The notes under the pieces are model-generated. The model saw only the letters and a list, made by a program, of their open reading frames with translations. It was not told the origin of the DNA and made no database searches. 64,000 bases of DNA from Candidatus Spongiisociaceae bacterium (GTDB taxonomy: Bacteria > Actinomycetota > Acidimicrobiia > Spongiisociales > Spongiisociaceae): NCBI GenBank assembly GCA_965262915.1, contig OZ253564.1:2336001-2400000 (forward strand), in the 5' to 3' direction. Positions 12,684-23,367 of the stretch are shown here, piece by piece. The position numbers were made by a program, and so were the translations under genes. How positions within the stretch are numbered: position 1 is the stretch's first letter; each line of letters starts with the position of its first letter.

Positions 12684-13016
12684 TACTTGGGATGTCCGTA
12701 CCAGCCGGGGGGACATCCACGCCGAGCATGTGGTCAACGCCGGCGGTTTCTGGGGTCGCGACGTGGGACGGATGGTGGGGCTGGAGCTACCGCTCCTGGC
12801 GATGGCCCACCAGTACATCCTCACCGAACCGGTGCCCGAGGTGGCCGAATACCGCCGGACGACGGGTAAAGAATTGCCTACGGTGGTCGACTTCGGGTGA
12901 CATCTATATGAGGGAGGAGTCCGGCGGCATCCTGATGGGCACCTACGAGCAGGACCACAGACCGTGGTCGCCCCGCGTGACACCCTGGAGTTTCGGGAGC
13001 GAGTTGCTGACGCCGG
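12684..13016 (+). pseudogene. Internal fragment duplicate of the GcvT/DMGDH-like gene (16613-16947)
   Basis: About 333-bp direct repeat with roughly 14 substitutions (hand count) and a 2-bp frameshifting deletion. Confidence 0.9.
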
Positions 13017-13163
13017 TAAGCGAGGAGCGATCGGGTCGGGATCAGTCGGTGAGAGGTCCAAGAAGGAGGCAGGCCTGTTGGGGTGATGTCATGCTGGTCT
13101 AAGTGGGGCTGCCACGCCGCGAAGGTGCGAAGCATCCGCATCCTGGCCAGCACCCGGAACCGG

Positions 13164-13736
13164 TCAAGGACCCGGCTCAGGGGAATTCTCAACCGCTCCG
13201 GCTAGCTCGGCCAACACGTCCTGAAGCATCCCCAGGGTCGATGTATCGCCAATACCGCCGTCCGGGTCGACCAATTTGAACACTCTCTTGACCGGGTGCG
13301 GACCTCCTACAACCCTCGCGTTAGCGCTGGTGAGGACCGCGATCGCGGTTTCCTGAGACCGTAGAGCTCCGAAGCGGGACGGGCTTGCGCCCACCACCGA
13401 CACCGGCTTGTCCGCAAAGGCGGACTGACCGTAAGGGCGCGATGCCCAGTCGATCAGATTCTTCAACACGCCCGTGATGCTGCCGTTGTATTCAGGGGAT
13501 GCGATGAGCACCGCGTCAACTGAGCGAATCCTGCGGCGCAACTCCAGCACCGACTCCGGGGTCAGATCGCCCTCTGTGTCCTCGTTGAACAGCGGTATGT
13601 GCAGTCCGTCCTCGTAAATATTCACTTCGACCGGAGACGGCGCCAACCGCCTCGCAGCCTCGAGCAACATCCTGTTGTACGAGGCCGTCCTAAGGCTCCC
13701 GGGTATTGCCAAGATGCGTACGGGTCGGTTTTTCAA
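13164..13736 (-). CDS. NAD(P)H-dependent FMN reductase (FMN_red/ChrR-like)
   Basis: GSLRTASYN, SPEYNGSITGVLKNLIDWASR, KPV..GAS. Confidence 0.9.
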   Translation of the reverse strand: MKNRPVRILAIPGSLRTASYNRMLLEAARRLAPSPVEVNIYEDGLHIPLFNEDTEGDLTPESVLELRRRIRSVDAVLIASPEYNGSITGVLKNLIDWASRPYGQSAFADKPVSVVGASPSRFGALRSQETAIAVLTSANARVVGGPHPVKRVFKLVDPDGGIGDTSTLGMLQDVLAELAGAVENSPEPGP

Positions 13737-13990
13737 ACTGAACTCCTCATGCAGAGGTCACGTCCAGGCACGATGTGAACGGATGAGTTCCGCGTTGCCT
13801 GGGTTGCCGGATTCTGTTGTAGCTGATCCCGGGGCCTTAGGTGACATCTGTGGCTCTGTTCTAGTTCCGGTTCGGGGAGCCTGCCATGGCCTCGTTGAGA
13901 CTGTGGCTCTCGGTGCCCCTCGTTGGTGACCTCCCCGCTGCAGGTGCAGAGGTCACCACGCCGGAGTTCTCCGTCGCACCCTCCAAGCTG

Positions 13991-14680
13991 TCAGTCTCTC
14001 TGCCATCCGTCCCAGTGGGTGAACTCCTCGGCGGGGATCCTCGTGACGGGCTTGAAGTCATGGGCGGGATATCCCAGCGGGATCAGGGCGACGATCTGGG
14101 TCTCCTCGGGCATCCCCAGCGCGATCTTGGCGTCTTCCTCGAGGATGTTGAGAGCCGTGGTGAGGCATGTGCCGAGACCGAGCCCGCGGGCAGCCAGCAT
14201 CAGGTTCTGAACGCAGGGCATGATCGATGCGAATACCGAGTCGGCGCGGATGGCCTTGAGCGCCCCGTAGCGCGGGAGGTTGTCCTTCTCTCTGTCCATC
14301 GCTACGACGATGAGGACCGGGGTCTCTTCGAGGTGGTCACGGAAGTAGTGCGATTTCCTGAGCATCGTCTTCTGGAAAGTACGCTTGTCGAACTCCCGGT
14401 AGCCTTGGCGGCGAGGGTGGTCCCACAGGAATTTCAAACCCGCCCGGTAGAGGTCGGCGAGTTTCTGCTTGAGGGCCGCATCCCTGATGACGATGAACTC
14501 CCACGGCTGCGCGTTGCCGCCGCTCGGAGCCCAGGTGGCCGCCTTCAGAATGGTGCGGATGTCGTCGTCTGACACCGGGTCCGGCTTGTATCGTTTGACG
14601 CTCGGAAGCGTTCGCATCGCCTCGTATAGGTCCACTTCCGCCTCCCTCTCCATCTGCTGGGCCAGCGGAAGGTTACTCAA
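13991..14680 (-). CDS. Nitroreductase family protein
   Basis: SVKRYKPDPV, APSGGNAQPWEFIV, QNLMLAARGLGLGTC, LIPLGYP. Confidence 0.9.
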   Translation of the reverse strand: MSNLPLAQQMEREAEVDLYEAMRTLPSVKRYKPDPVSDDDIRTILKAATWAPSGGNAQPWEFIVIRDAALKQKLADLYRAGLKFLWDHPRRQGYREFDKRTFQKTMLRKSHYFRDHLEETPVLIVVAMDREKDNLPRYGALKAIRADSVFASIMPCVQNLMLAARGLGLGTCLTTALNILEEDAKIALGMPEETQIVALIPLGYPAHDFKPVTRIPAEEFTHWDGWQRD

Positions 14681-14821
14681 AGGTTCCGGGCGTTATAGGG
14701 CGGTCAAGTACCGGGGCGAAACGTGCCGCCCGATCAGTGGTTCTTAGCGGTTACACCAACCGGGAAGCGAGATCCGGGTATAGATGTCCTCAGTCGTCGG
14801 ATTGCCCGCCCAGAGACGGTG

Positions 14822-15058
14822 TCATGTACGGCGATGTCGCAGGACCGTCTCCACGGCCGCCGTACCCAAGGTGGCCAGAAGCACGATCCCGATCGTGAAC
14901 GGTGCCGTCATCATGGCGGTCAACGCCCAAGCTTCGGGCTGCACGCCGGCGATTACCACGTCCAAGAGCCGGACGACGGCAACAAACAGAGCTATCAGTG
15001 CCAGCAATCCTCCGCCAACGACAGCAACTCGCCTTGTCCGATGATAAGCGTTCATCAT
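14822..15058 (-). CDS. Small membrane protein (2 TM)
   Basis: GAGGAGG RBS; two hydrophobic segments. Confidence 0.55.
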   Translation of the reverse strand: MMNAYHRTRRVAVVGGGLLALIALFVAVVRLLDVVIAGVQPEAWALTAMMTAPFTIGIVLLATLGTAAVETVLRHRRT

Positions 15059-15334
15059 TCCTCCTCGATCCTCAGGGGAAGATCCGCGATCAACCTCGCA
15101 ACCGAAGCCTACTTCAGCACGAGGACAACGCCTACAGATGAGGGAGGTAGCCCTTCAAACCCCGTTGACGGACCAAGGACAGCCGGGTCCCCCTAGCCGG
15201 TGAGCAGCGGACCGCCGGCCATGCTGTCCAGCAGGACCCTTGGTCTCGCCGATTTCACCTCTGGGCGATTGTCAGATGAACCCATGCGGGTGATCACTAC
15301 AGGTTTCCGGATGGGCTAGTTGTCGATCGAACGG

Positions 15335-15892
15335 CTACCTGCCGTCGGACCGGTCCCCAACTCCACGGCCGATCACCAGGTCGGCGACGTTCCTCCAACC
15401 GTAGGACACCTCGGCGATGCCCTGCCCGGAGATCTCGAGGGTTTGACTCCCGACGAGGTCACCCCCAAGCGCTTCGTAGAACCGGCAGGCTGCAAGGTTA
15501 TCCTTCGCCACCCACAGCAGCATCGAGTCGAACCCGTTTGCCAGCAGTCTCTCAGCCACTGCCGACACAAGGCGACGCCCCAGACCCTTGCGCTGGTACT
15601 GATCAAGTAGGTAGACGAGATAGAGTTCGCCCCGGTAGGTCTCGTCTCCTGTGCGCTCCGGTCCTCCGGCGGCCAAGCCGACCACCTCGCCGCGTTCGGT
15701 TGCTGCAAGGAAGTTGCTAACGGTGGGCCGCGCCGTCGTGAGGATCTGTTCCCAGTACGATTCCCTATCCCGGTAAGAGAGGCCGGCCAGGAACTCGTCA
15801 GGAAGGATGCCGGTATAGGTGGAGCGCCACGAGTCGACGTGAACCCTGGCGAGGGAACCGGCGTCTGCCGGTTTGGCGGCCCTTATCCGCAT
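15335..15892 (-). CDS. GNAT-family acetyltransferase
   Basis: MRIRAAKPADA..VHVDSWRSTY.G; QRKGLGRRL (acetyl-CoA motif A); N..ACRFYEALG. Confidence 0.9.
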   Translation of the reverse strand: MRIRAAKPADAGSLARVHVDSWRSTYTGILPDEFLAGLSYRDRESYWEQILTTARPTVSNFLAATERGEVVGLAAGGPERTGDETYRGELYLVYLLDQYQRKGLGRRLVSAVAERLLANGFDSMLLWVAKDNLAACRFYEALGGDLVGSQTLEISGQGIAEVSYGWRNVADLVIGRGVGDRSDGR

Positions 15893-16022
15893 AGCCCATC
15901 CTAACTCTCCTGTCTTGTACTGATCGACCCGTCCCTCCCGCCTGGTTCTAACCAACTCGCGGCTCTCACGCTATCCCCGCTAGTCCCCTAATATCCTCAG
16001 GCCCGCTTGGGAAGGGTTCCGG

Positions 16023-18491
16023 TTGTCGAACCGGTCGGCCGCTTCCCTACCGAGGAGGTTTCGCTTGAAGTCGCAAGCCCAGGTAGTGGTGGTCGGCGGT
16101 GGCGTGGTCGGTTGTTCGGTGCTCTACCACCTAACCAAGGCGGGGTGGACCGATGTGATGCTGGTCGAGCGACTCGAGTTGGCGGCGGGGTCTTCGTGGC
16201 ATGCGGCCGGGGACATCCACACCCACAACGGCAACGTCTACCTGGCCGATCTCCAGAAGTACACGGTGGAACTGTATCCGGAGCTCGAGAGAGCATCCGG
16301 ACAGGACTGCGGTCTCCGCATGACGGGCGGGTTGCAGCTGGCCAACTCCCCGGAGTGGATGGACTGGCTCAAGATGGTGCATGCCCGCGGGCGGTACCTG
16401 GGGATGGACACCGAACTCATCTCTGCCCGGGAGGCGGCCGGGTTGTTCCCGCTCATGGACCCCTCGCTCTTCGTGGGTGCCATGTGGACCCGTCAGGAAG
16501 GCCATGTGGACCCCTCCGGAGTTACCCGGGCCTACGCGAAGGCCGCCGAGGTCGGAGGAGCCACCGTCGTGCGTAACACGATGGTCGAGGGTCTGTCACA
16601 ACGTCGTGACGGTACTTGGGATGTCCGTACCAGCCGGGGAGACATCCGCGCCGAGCATGTGGTCAACGCCGGTGGTCTGTGGGGTCGCGAGGTGGGACGG
16701 ATGGTGGGGCTGGAACTACCGCTCCTGGCGATGGCCCACCAGTACATCCTCACCGGACCGGTGCCCGAGGTGGCCGAATACCGCCGGACGACGGGTAAAG
16801 AGTTGCCTACGGTGGTCGACTTCGGCGGTGACATCTATATGAGGGAGGAATCCGGCGGCATCCTGATGGGTACCTACGAGCGGGACCACAGGCCGTGGTC
16901 GCCCCGGGTGACACCCTGGAGTTTCGGGAGCGAGTTGCTGACGCCGGACATCGAACGGATGGTTCCCGAACTCGAAGCCGGATTCGCCCACTACCCCGCC
17001 CTGGCCGATGCCGGCATCCGGAGTGTCGTACACGGTCCGTTCGTGTTCTCCCCGGACGGCAACCCTTGTATCGGACCGGTCCGGGGGCTTCCCAACTTCT
17101 GGCTGGCGGTCGGGGTAATGGCCGGTTTCTGCCAGGCCGGCGGAGTGGGTCTCGCCCTGGCCAACTGGATTACCGAAGGGGATCCCGGCATGGACATATG
17201 GGCGATGGACGCCTCCCGCTTCGGTGGCTGGGCCACCGCTGCCTACACGAACGCCAAGGTGCGGGAGTTCTACTCCCGACGATTCAAGATCACCTTCCCC
17301 AACGAGGAACTCCCCGCCGGCCGCCCGCTCCACACCACTGCCCTGTACGACCGGTACACGGACGCCAACGCCGTGTGGGGCGCGTCGTTCGGTCTCGAAG
17401 TGGCGCTGTGGTTCCAGGATCGGGGCCGGGAACCGGTCGAGGAGATCACGTTCCGCCGTTCCAACGCCTTCCCGGTCGTAGCCGCGGAGTGCGCGGCGGT
17501 TCGCAACCGGGTGGGTATAACCGAGACTTCAGGGTTCGCCAAGTACCGGGTCGAAGGTCGAGACGCCGGGGCCTGGCTGGGCCGGATATTGGCCAACCGG
17601 ATTCCGCCTCCCGGGCGTATAACCCTCAGCCCTATGTTGAACTACAAGGGCAAGTTGATCGGTGACTTCACCCTCGCCAACCTCGGCGATCACTTCATAT
17701 TGTTCGGCTCGGGCCCGGCCGAGGAGTATCACATGCGCTGGTTCATGTCGGAGCTTCCCCCGAACGGCGATGTCGAGGTCGCCCCGCTCGGGCAGACCAT
17801 GGTCGGCCTGTCGATAGCCGGCCCCGCCTCGCGTGAGGTGCTGGCGTCGGTGGCGGACCACGACGTGGGGCGGGCGGACTTCCGGTTCATGGACATCAAG
17901 GCCATGGACCTAGGTATGATCCCCGCCCTGGTCGGTCGGCTCACCTACACGGGAGATCTCGGATACGAGATCTGGGTGGGTCCGGAGAACCTGAGGGGGC
18001 TCTACGACCTGCTGTTGCAGGCAGGTAGGAAGCATGGGATTGTTGACTTCGGTCTCCGGGCACTCGACTCCCTACGGCTGGAGAAGGGGTTCGGTTCCTG
18101 GGCCAGGGAGTACCGACCCATATACGGTCCTGCGGAAGCGGGCCTGTCCCGCTTCGTGGCTCTCGACAAGGGCGAGTTCGTCGGTAGTGAGGCCGCCCGG
18201 CGGGAGCGGGCGAACGGTCCGAAACGGCGGTTGGTAGCGATGGTCGTCGATTCGGACAATGCGGACGTGGTGGGTGACGAACCGGTCTGGCATGACGGTG
18301 AGGTGGTGGGTTGGGTTACCTCGGGTGGCTACGCCCATACGGTGGGATGCTCGGTGGCGCTCGGATACGTACCTGCGGAGCTGGCTGATCCGGCGGTGAG
18401 GCTCGAGATCGAGATCATCGGGAGTCGTCGCGGTGCCGAGGTGCAGCCCGCTCCCCTATTCGATCCTGACGGCCTTCGAATGCGGAGCTGA
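16023..18491 (+). CDS. Dimethylglycine/sarcosine dehydrogenase-like flavoprotein (DAO + GcvT domains)
   Basis: [53 protein letters not shown]. Confidence 0.92.
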   Translation: MSNRSAASLPRRFRLKSQAQVVVVGGGVVGCSVLYHLTKAGWTDVMLVERLELAAGSSWHAAGDIHTHNGNVYLADLQKYTVELYPELERASGQDCGLRMTGGLQLANSPEWMDWLKMVHARGRYLGMDTELISAREAAGLFPLMDPSLFVGAMWTRQEGHVDPSGVTRAYAKAAEVGGATVVRNTMVEGLSQRRDGTWDVRTSRGDIRAEHVVNAGGLWGREVGRMVGLELPLLAMAHQYILTGPVPEVAEYRRTTGKELPTVVDFGGDIYMREESGGILMGTYERDHRPWSPRVTPWSFGSELLTPDIERMVPELEAGFAHYPALADAGIRSVVHGPFVFSPDGNPCIGPVRGLPNFWLAVGVMAGFCQAGGVGLALANWITEGDPGMDIWAMDASRFGGWATAAYTNAKVREFYSRRFKITFPNEELPAGRPLHTTALYDRYTDANAVWGASFGLEVALWFQDRGREPVEEITFRRSNAFPVVAAECAAVRNRVGITETSGFAKYRVEGRDAGAWLGRILANRIPPPGRITLSPMLNYKGKLIGDFTLANLGDHFILFGSGPAEEYHMRWFMSELPPNGDVEVAPLGQTMVGLSIAGPASREVLASVADHDVGRADFRFMDIKAMDLGMIPALVGRLTYTGDLGYEIWVGPENLRGLYDLLLQAGRKHGIVDFGLRALDSLRLEKGFGSWAREYRPIYGPAEAGLSRFVALDKGEFVGSEAARRERANGPKRRLVAMVVDSDNADVVGDEPVWHDGEVVGWVTSGGYAHTVGCSVALGYVPAELADPAVRLEIEIIGSRRGAEVQPAPLFDPDGLRMRS

Positions 18492-18564
18492 TGCTCGAAT
18501 AACTACAAGACTGGTATTACAGTCGGCTCGCTGGATGTCAGCTGGGCCCGATGGAGGATTTGCG

Positions 18565-19302
18565 ATGAGGAGCCACGAAGTCGACTACCGGATATGGGGG
18601 GATGACCTCCAGTTCGTCGAGATCGAACTAGATCCGGGGGAATCGGTCATCGCCGAGGCCGGCGCCATGATGTACGTCGAAGAAGGCATCGTCTTCGAGA
18701 CCCGGATGGGTGACGGGTCCGAGCCGAACAAGGGAACATGGGGCAAACTGAAGTCGGCCGGAAAGCGGGCTTTGGCGGGTGAGTCACTGTTCCTCTCCCA
18801 CTTCACGAATCACGGAACCGGGAGGCGGAGCGTGGCCTTCGCCGCGCCCTATCCCGGCACGGTCATACCGTTAGACCTCGGCGCGGTCGGTGGCCGGATA
18901 CTGGCCCAGAAAGAGGCCTTTCTGTGCGCGGCGATGGGGACCAAACTAGGTATCGCCTTCAACCGCAGGTTCGGGGCTGGTGCGTTCGGTGGTGAAGGGT
19001 TCATCCTCGAGGACATCCAAGGTGACGGTCTCGCCTTCCTCCACGCCGGAGGCACCATTGTCGAGAAGCGTCTGATCGGAGAGACGCTGCGCGTGGACAC
19101 CGGCTGCATCGTCGCCTTCGAGCCGCAGATCGAGTACTCGATCGAGCGGGCCGGCCGGGCGTCCACGATGATCTTCGGAGGAGAAGGACTGTTCCTGGCC
19201 ACCCTCAGCGGCGCAGGCCGGGTCTGGCTCCAGTCGCTGCCTTTCAGCAAGCTGGCCAACGAGGTGATACGGCGTATTCCTCCTTCGAGATCAGGAGACT
19301 AG
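18565..19302 (+). CDS. TIGR00266/AIM24 family protein
   Basis: [50 protein letters not shown]. Confidence 0.9.
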   Translation: MRSHEVDYRIWGDDLQFVEIELDPGESVIAEAGAMMYVEEGIVFETRMGDGSEPNKGTWGKLKSAGKRALAGESLFLSHFTNHGTGRRSVAFAAPYPGTVIPLDLGAVGGRILAQKEAFLCAAMGTKLGIAFNRRFGAGAFGGEGFILEDIQGDGLAFLHAGGTIVEKRLIGETLRVDTGCIVAFEPQIEYSIERAGRASTMIFGGEGLFLATLSGAGRVWLQSLPFSKLANEVIRRIPPSRSGD

Positions 19303-19478
19303 ATTCTTCGTGCATCGGGAGTTCTGACCTGGTCGCAGTTCCTGGCGGGTCCGCGACCGAGACCGACCCGGAATCTCGAGCCGGCCCGCACCCGGTGTTC
19401 CCGAGCTCGGGAACGCGGACGGAACGTACCGGCTGACTCGATTAGATTGAGTGACCGACCACGAGTTCGGGAGGGCGC

Positions 19479-21017
19479 ATGAAGGTACCGCTGACGGTCC
19501 GGGACTTCCTCGACCGGGCTGCTCTGATCTACCCGCACAGCCCGGCGGTGATCGACGAGCCTGACCAGCCGGCGACGAGTTGGGGAACGCTCACCTACGG
19601 CGAGGTGGCGGACCGGACCCGGTCGTTGGCCGGAGCGCTCGATCGTCTGGGCCTGGGTTGGGGCGAGCGGGTGGCCGTCGTGTCCCACAACGCCGCCCGG
19701 CTGCTCGTGATGATGCTGGGCGTCAGCGCCTACGGGCGCATCTCGGTCCCCATCAACTTCCGCCTCAACGCCGCGGAGGTCGGCTACATCGTGTCCCACT
19801 CCGGGGCGCGGCTGCTTCTGATCGACCCTGAACTGGCCGACGACCTGGCCGGGGTGGACTGCGAGCACCGCTACGTGATCGGCGCGGAGTCCGACGACGC
19901 CCTGTTCGGCGACACCGATGCGGACCCCCGTTCCTGGGTTCCGGACGAGGACGCTACAGCCACCATCAACTACACCAGCGGGACCACGGCCCGCCCGAAG
20001 GGTGTGCAGATGACCCACCGCAGCCTGTGGCTCAACGCGGTGATGTTCGGTTGGAGCGCCGGGGTCAGCGACCGCGATATCTACCTGCACACGCTGCCCA
20101 TGTTCCACTGCAACGGTTGGGGCATGCCCTACGCCCTCACCGGGATGGGCGCCGCCCAGGTCGTGCTACGAAACGTGGACGGGGCGGAGATCCTACGCCG
20201 CGTGGATCGCCACGGGGTGACCTACCTGTGCGGCGCCCCGGCGGTGGTGGCGGCGACTCTGACGGCCGCCGCGGAGTGGCCCGGACCCATCCCGGGATCG
20301 GGTCGGGTGCGCATGACCGTGGCGGGTGCTCCCCCGCCCACGAGGATGATCGAGCGCATGGAGTCCGAACTGGGCTGGGAGTTCATGCAACTGTACGGGC
20401 TCACCGAGACAGCCCCTTACCTGACCATGAACCGGGTCCGACCCGAGTGGGACGATCTGGGATCCGGCGAGCGGGCCAAGCGTCTGGTCCGCCAGGGTGT
20501 GCCTGCACTGGGCATTCGCCTACAGGTGTCACCTGAAGGTGAAGTCGAAGCACAGGGCAACCACGTGATGGAGGGCTACTGGGACCAACCCGACGCTACC
20601 GATGAGGCTCTGGCGGATGGATGGTTCCACACCGGAGACGGTGGCTATCTGGACGGGGACAGCTACCTGGTGCTCACCGACCGACGCAAGGACGTCATCA
20701 TCAGCGGCGGCGAGAACGTGTCCTCGATAGAGGTTGAGGACTGCCTATTCACCCATCCTGCGGTGGCGGAGGCGGCCGTCATCGGTGTTCCCGACGAGCG
20801 CTGGGGGGAGACGCCCAAGGCGCTGGTGGTGCTGGTCGAGGGTTCCCCAGCCACCGAGCAGGAACTGATCGACCACTGCCGGGAGCGCATGGCCCACTAC
20901 AAGTGCCCCTCGTCGGTGGAGTTTCGCGATGTCCTGGCGCGTACTGCCACCGGCAAGCTGCAGAAGTACAAGCTCCGCGCCCCCTACTGGGAAGGTCGAG
21001 ATCGCCGGATCAACTAG
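19479..21017 (+). CDS. AMP-binding acyl-CoA synthetase
   Basis: YTSGTTARPKG, LPMFHCNGW, YGLTET, FHTGD, DRRKDVIISGGEN, ATGKLQK. Confidence 0.93.
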   Translation: MKVPLTVRDFLDRAALIYPHSPAVIDEPDQPATSWGTLTYGEVADRTRSLAGALDRLGLGWGERVAVVSHNAARLLVMMLGVSAYGRISVPINFRLNAAEVGYIVSHSGARLLLIDPELADDLAGVDCEHRYVIGAESDDALFGDTDADPRSWVPDEDATATINYTSGTTARPKGVQMTHRSLWLNAVMFGWSAGVSDRDIYLHTLPMFHCNGWGMPYALTGMGAAQVVLRNVDGAEILRRVDRHGVTYLCGAPAVVAATLTAAAEWPGPIPGSGRVRMTVAGAPPPTRMIERMESELGWEFMQLYGLTETAPYLTMNRVRPEWDDLGSGERAKRLVRQGVPALGIRLQVSPEGEVEAQGNHVMEGYWDQPDATDEALADGWFHTGDGGYLDGDSYLVLTDRRKDVIISGGENVSSIEVEDCLFTHPAVAEAAVIGVPDERWGETPKALVVLVEGSPATEQELIDHCRERMAHYKCPSSVEFRDVLARTATGKLQKYKLRAPYWEGRDRRIN

Positions 21018-21057
21018 GGAATCCAGTCGTATCGTTGGAACCACGCGGTCCGCTCTA

Positions 21058-21517
21058 CTAAGAGATCCCGGGGTGGGGCGGTATACGAATCCAGTTACCG
21101 TTCAGGAAACGAGCAAGCCGTCGTGCCTCGCTCTTCTGGATCTTCGAGCCACCGTCGATGCGGAAGACTACTACGTGCTCGGGGTGCTCATCCGTAGGCC
21201 AAAGGTTGTGCTCCGAGCTTTCCTCCGAGCCGAATCACGGCAGCGCTCACTTGTGCTAAGCCATATGTGGGATAGTCGTTTATTAGACGATCAATAGAGT
21301 TCGGTGTACTTTCTAGGTGGAAGGACATAGCTGGTCCGGGGCAACCAAGTTTCTGAGCCTGCGCTGGTCGGTAGAACTGAATTGCCTGACTGTTAATCCG
21401 TGGTCTCCCCATATCATCTGGTCTGCTCCAGTCACAGAACTGTGAGTTAATCCTACGGATAAGTAGTGATTCGGGAGGAACACCTGTATGATCATCTCTG
21501 TAGTATTCCCCTGGCAT
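21058..21517 (-). pseudogene. Hypothetical, possibly ADP-ribosyltransferase-fold toxin-like protein, with a 1-bp frameshift at about 21201-21203
   Basis: ORF 21188-21517 (LLIRRI..RINSQA..MSFHL..YGLAQV). Removing one T from CCTTTGG continues QPWPTDEHPEHVVVFRIDGGSKIQKSEARRLARFLNGNWIRIPPHPGIS* to TAG 21058. The function is inference. Confidence 0.55.
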
Positions 21518-21522
21518 TATAG

Positions 21523-22047
21523 CTATTTATGAAGTACTTCACAGCTGTACGCAGAGAGAACTCGGTATAGGTCAGTACCGGCAGCATCCCGCAAGAGCCC
21601 CTCCCATTCGAGTCCCATGCCTTCGTCTTCATATTCAAGTTCAATTTCCCCGTTGTCCGCTACAGTAAAGGCAACGATGCGGTTCGGTGAGTACCACTCA
21701 ATATAGATACCTAGATAAGGAGTCGGAGTGATAGCAGGAACAGGAAGGTTTGGCATTGCCCCTGCGAGGGCACTGATCAGATTGGAGGCTGTTCCGATCG
21801 CGATAGGACTAATAGGGCCAGAGTCGGACTCATCCCAGCCTGGAGTCAACCATCGTAAGTTTCGCACGCTGACAAGAGTTGGGTCTTTCCAATTCGTCAG
21901 AATATGAGGATTCGACAGTACGGCACCAGTAGCCCATTCAGAAGGCTCGCCCGTATGCCATCTAACAACGGAGCCAACACTACTGACATCTATTGTTTCA
22001 TATAGTGAAGGGAATGGAGGCAAGCTTGCTGCACTCGTTGTAGTCAT
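21523..22047 (-). CDS. Hypothetical protein, middle gene of the island; candidate antitoxin/immunity
   Basis: GGGAGG RBS and ATGA coupling to the upstream gene; pattern L..L.PGWD..P.I.PTP..GI.IEW; acidic C-terminus. Confidence 0.7.
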   Translation of the reverse strand: MTTTSAASLPPFPSLYETIDVSSVGSVVRWHTGEPSEWATGAVLSNPHILTNWKDPTLVSVRNLRWLTPGWDESDSGPISPIAIGTASNLISALAGAMPNLPVPAITPTPYLGIYIEWYSPNRIVAFTVADNGEIELEYEDEGMGLEWEGLLRDAAGTDLYRVLSAYSCEVLHK

Positions 22048-22725
22048 GTCAAAGCCTCCCTTTGTCTATACCCCCAGCTCTTGTGTATAGAGGGTGTTGT
22101 AATATCATAGAATCCTCTTACGATCCACTCACGACCACAATCAAGAAACTTAACGACACCAGTTATATCACTAGCTGTGGGTTTACCTCGTGCAGTCAAA
22201 CTTAGTATTACGTATGGCATGTCTGACTGGACGTCATAACTCGTTAGTGAGGAAGTCACTGAGTGCGGTGAGATACCGCTTGAATCTGGTTCTACCAGAT
22301 TCATAACGTTCGTAGTGAGGCTTGGCTGGTGTCTTGCGCCAGTTATACGCGTACCAGTCGGACTGTAACTGTACGAGGTGGTTGTCGTCGAAGAACAAGA
22401 ATCGTGGTGGACGCGGTTCATTCCGCACCGTCAACGTGACTCCACTCTTGGCAGGTACGGATGGGACGCGTTCGATGGGCATGTCGTAAGGGGGAGACTG
22501 GGCATCTGACGGCAGTTCACGAGCGAACTCGCGGTCCCAGAAGCGAACGATCTGCGCTGAGGTGAGTTCAGGTACCTCAAGAAACCCGACACCCAGCACA
22601 GTCTCCACGACGGGCGGATTAGAGAAGTCCGGCAGGTTATCGCCGCTCAAGAGCGAGGGATCCGCAGACGATGCATTGTCCGCCAGTGTAGTACTGGAAG
22701 GGTGAATCCGAATGATGCTCGGCAC
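22044..22725 (-). pseudogene. TIGR04255-like protein, broken at about 22236 (frameshift or internal deletion)
   Basis: LPDFSNPPVVETVLGVGF..RFLF..LVQLQSD..NWRK..Y..YE in one frame; C-terminus LSLTARGKP..FLDCGREWIVRGFYDITT..HKSWG in another. Family recognised from the N-terminal motif. Confidence 0.7.
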
Positions 22726-22815
22726 GAGTGGTGGGAGCCTTGCGGCGGTGGCACGCGCTAGAGGTGGTTCGCTTGCTTGACAGCTGGACGCCGGCGACAG
22801 TCGGTTTCTGTCTCC

Positions 22816-23235
22816 TCAGGCGCGCTCCAAGTCGATCGACGCCGAGTTGATGCAGTAGCGCAGGCCGGTGGGTCGGGGTCCGTCGGGGAAGACATGGCCG
22901 AGATGGGACCGGCAATTCCCGCAGATCACCTCGGTGCGGGCCATTCCCAGGCTGCGATCGGTGTGCTGCTCGATGGGCGCCCCGTCCACTACATCGTAGA
23001 AGCTCGGCCATCCCGTCCCGGAGTCGTACTTCTCGTCACTTTGGAACAGCGGAGCGCCGCATCCGATGCACATGTAGGTGCCGGCCTCCTTGTTGTTCCA
23101 GTACTCGCCCGTGAACGGCCGCTCGGTGCCAGCCTCCCGGGCCACGTAGTACTGCATCGGTGTCAGTTGCTTGCGCCACTCCCGTTCCGTGGTCGGAAGC
23201 GGGTTGTCCTCCGTAGTCGTGCTGGTCTCGGTCAT
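22816..23235 (-). CDS. msrB: Peptide-methionine (R)-S-oxide reductase
   Basis: [41 protein letters not shown]. Confidence 0.96.
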   Translation of the reverse strand: MTETSTTTEDNPLPTTEREWRKQLTPMQYYVAREAGTERPFTGEYWNNKEAGTYMCIGCGAPLFQSDEKYDSGTGWPSFYDVVDGAPIEQHTDRSLGMARTEVICGNCRSHLGHVFPDGPRPTGLRYCINSASIDLERA

Positions 23236-23367
23236 TTCTTGGTTCCTTCCACTGCCTCGGGTAAGTGAACTCCAGGTCCGGCATGCGAGGCTCGCGTCTG
23301 TAAACAATCCGGCTAGCAGGGTGAATGCCGCTACCGATAGTTTCGCGAGCATCCTAATCTCGGGTGT

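Noticed and set aside
12684-16947. Near-identical repeat pair as a DGR template and variable region
   Set aside because: Mismatches are not adenine-specific, many are synonymous, the target is mid-gene, and no reverse transcriptase is in the window.
19396-19413. 18-bp palindrome GTTCCCGAGCTCGGGAAC upstream of the acyl-CoA synthetase
   Set aside because: Single occurrence with no adjacent regulator; operator, hairpin and chance cannot be told apart.
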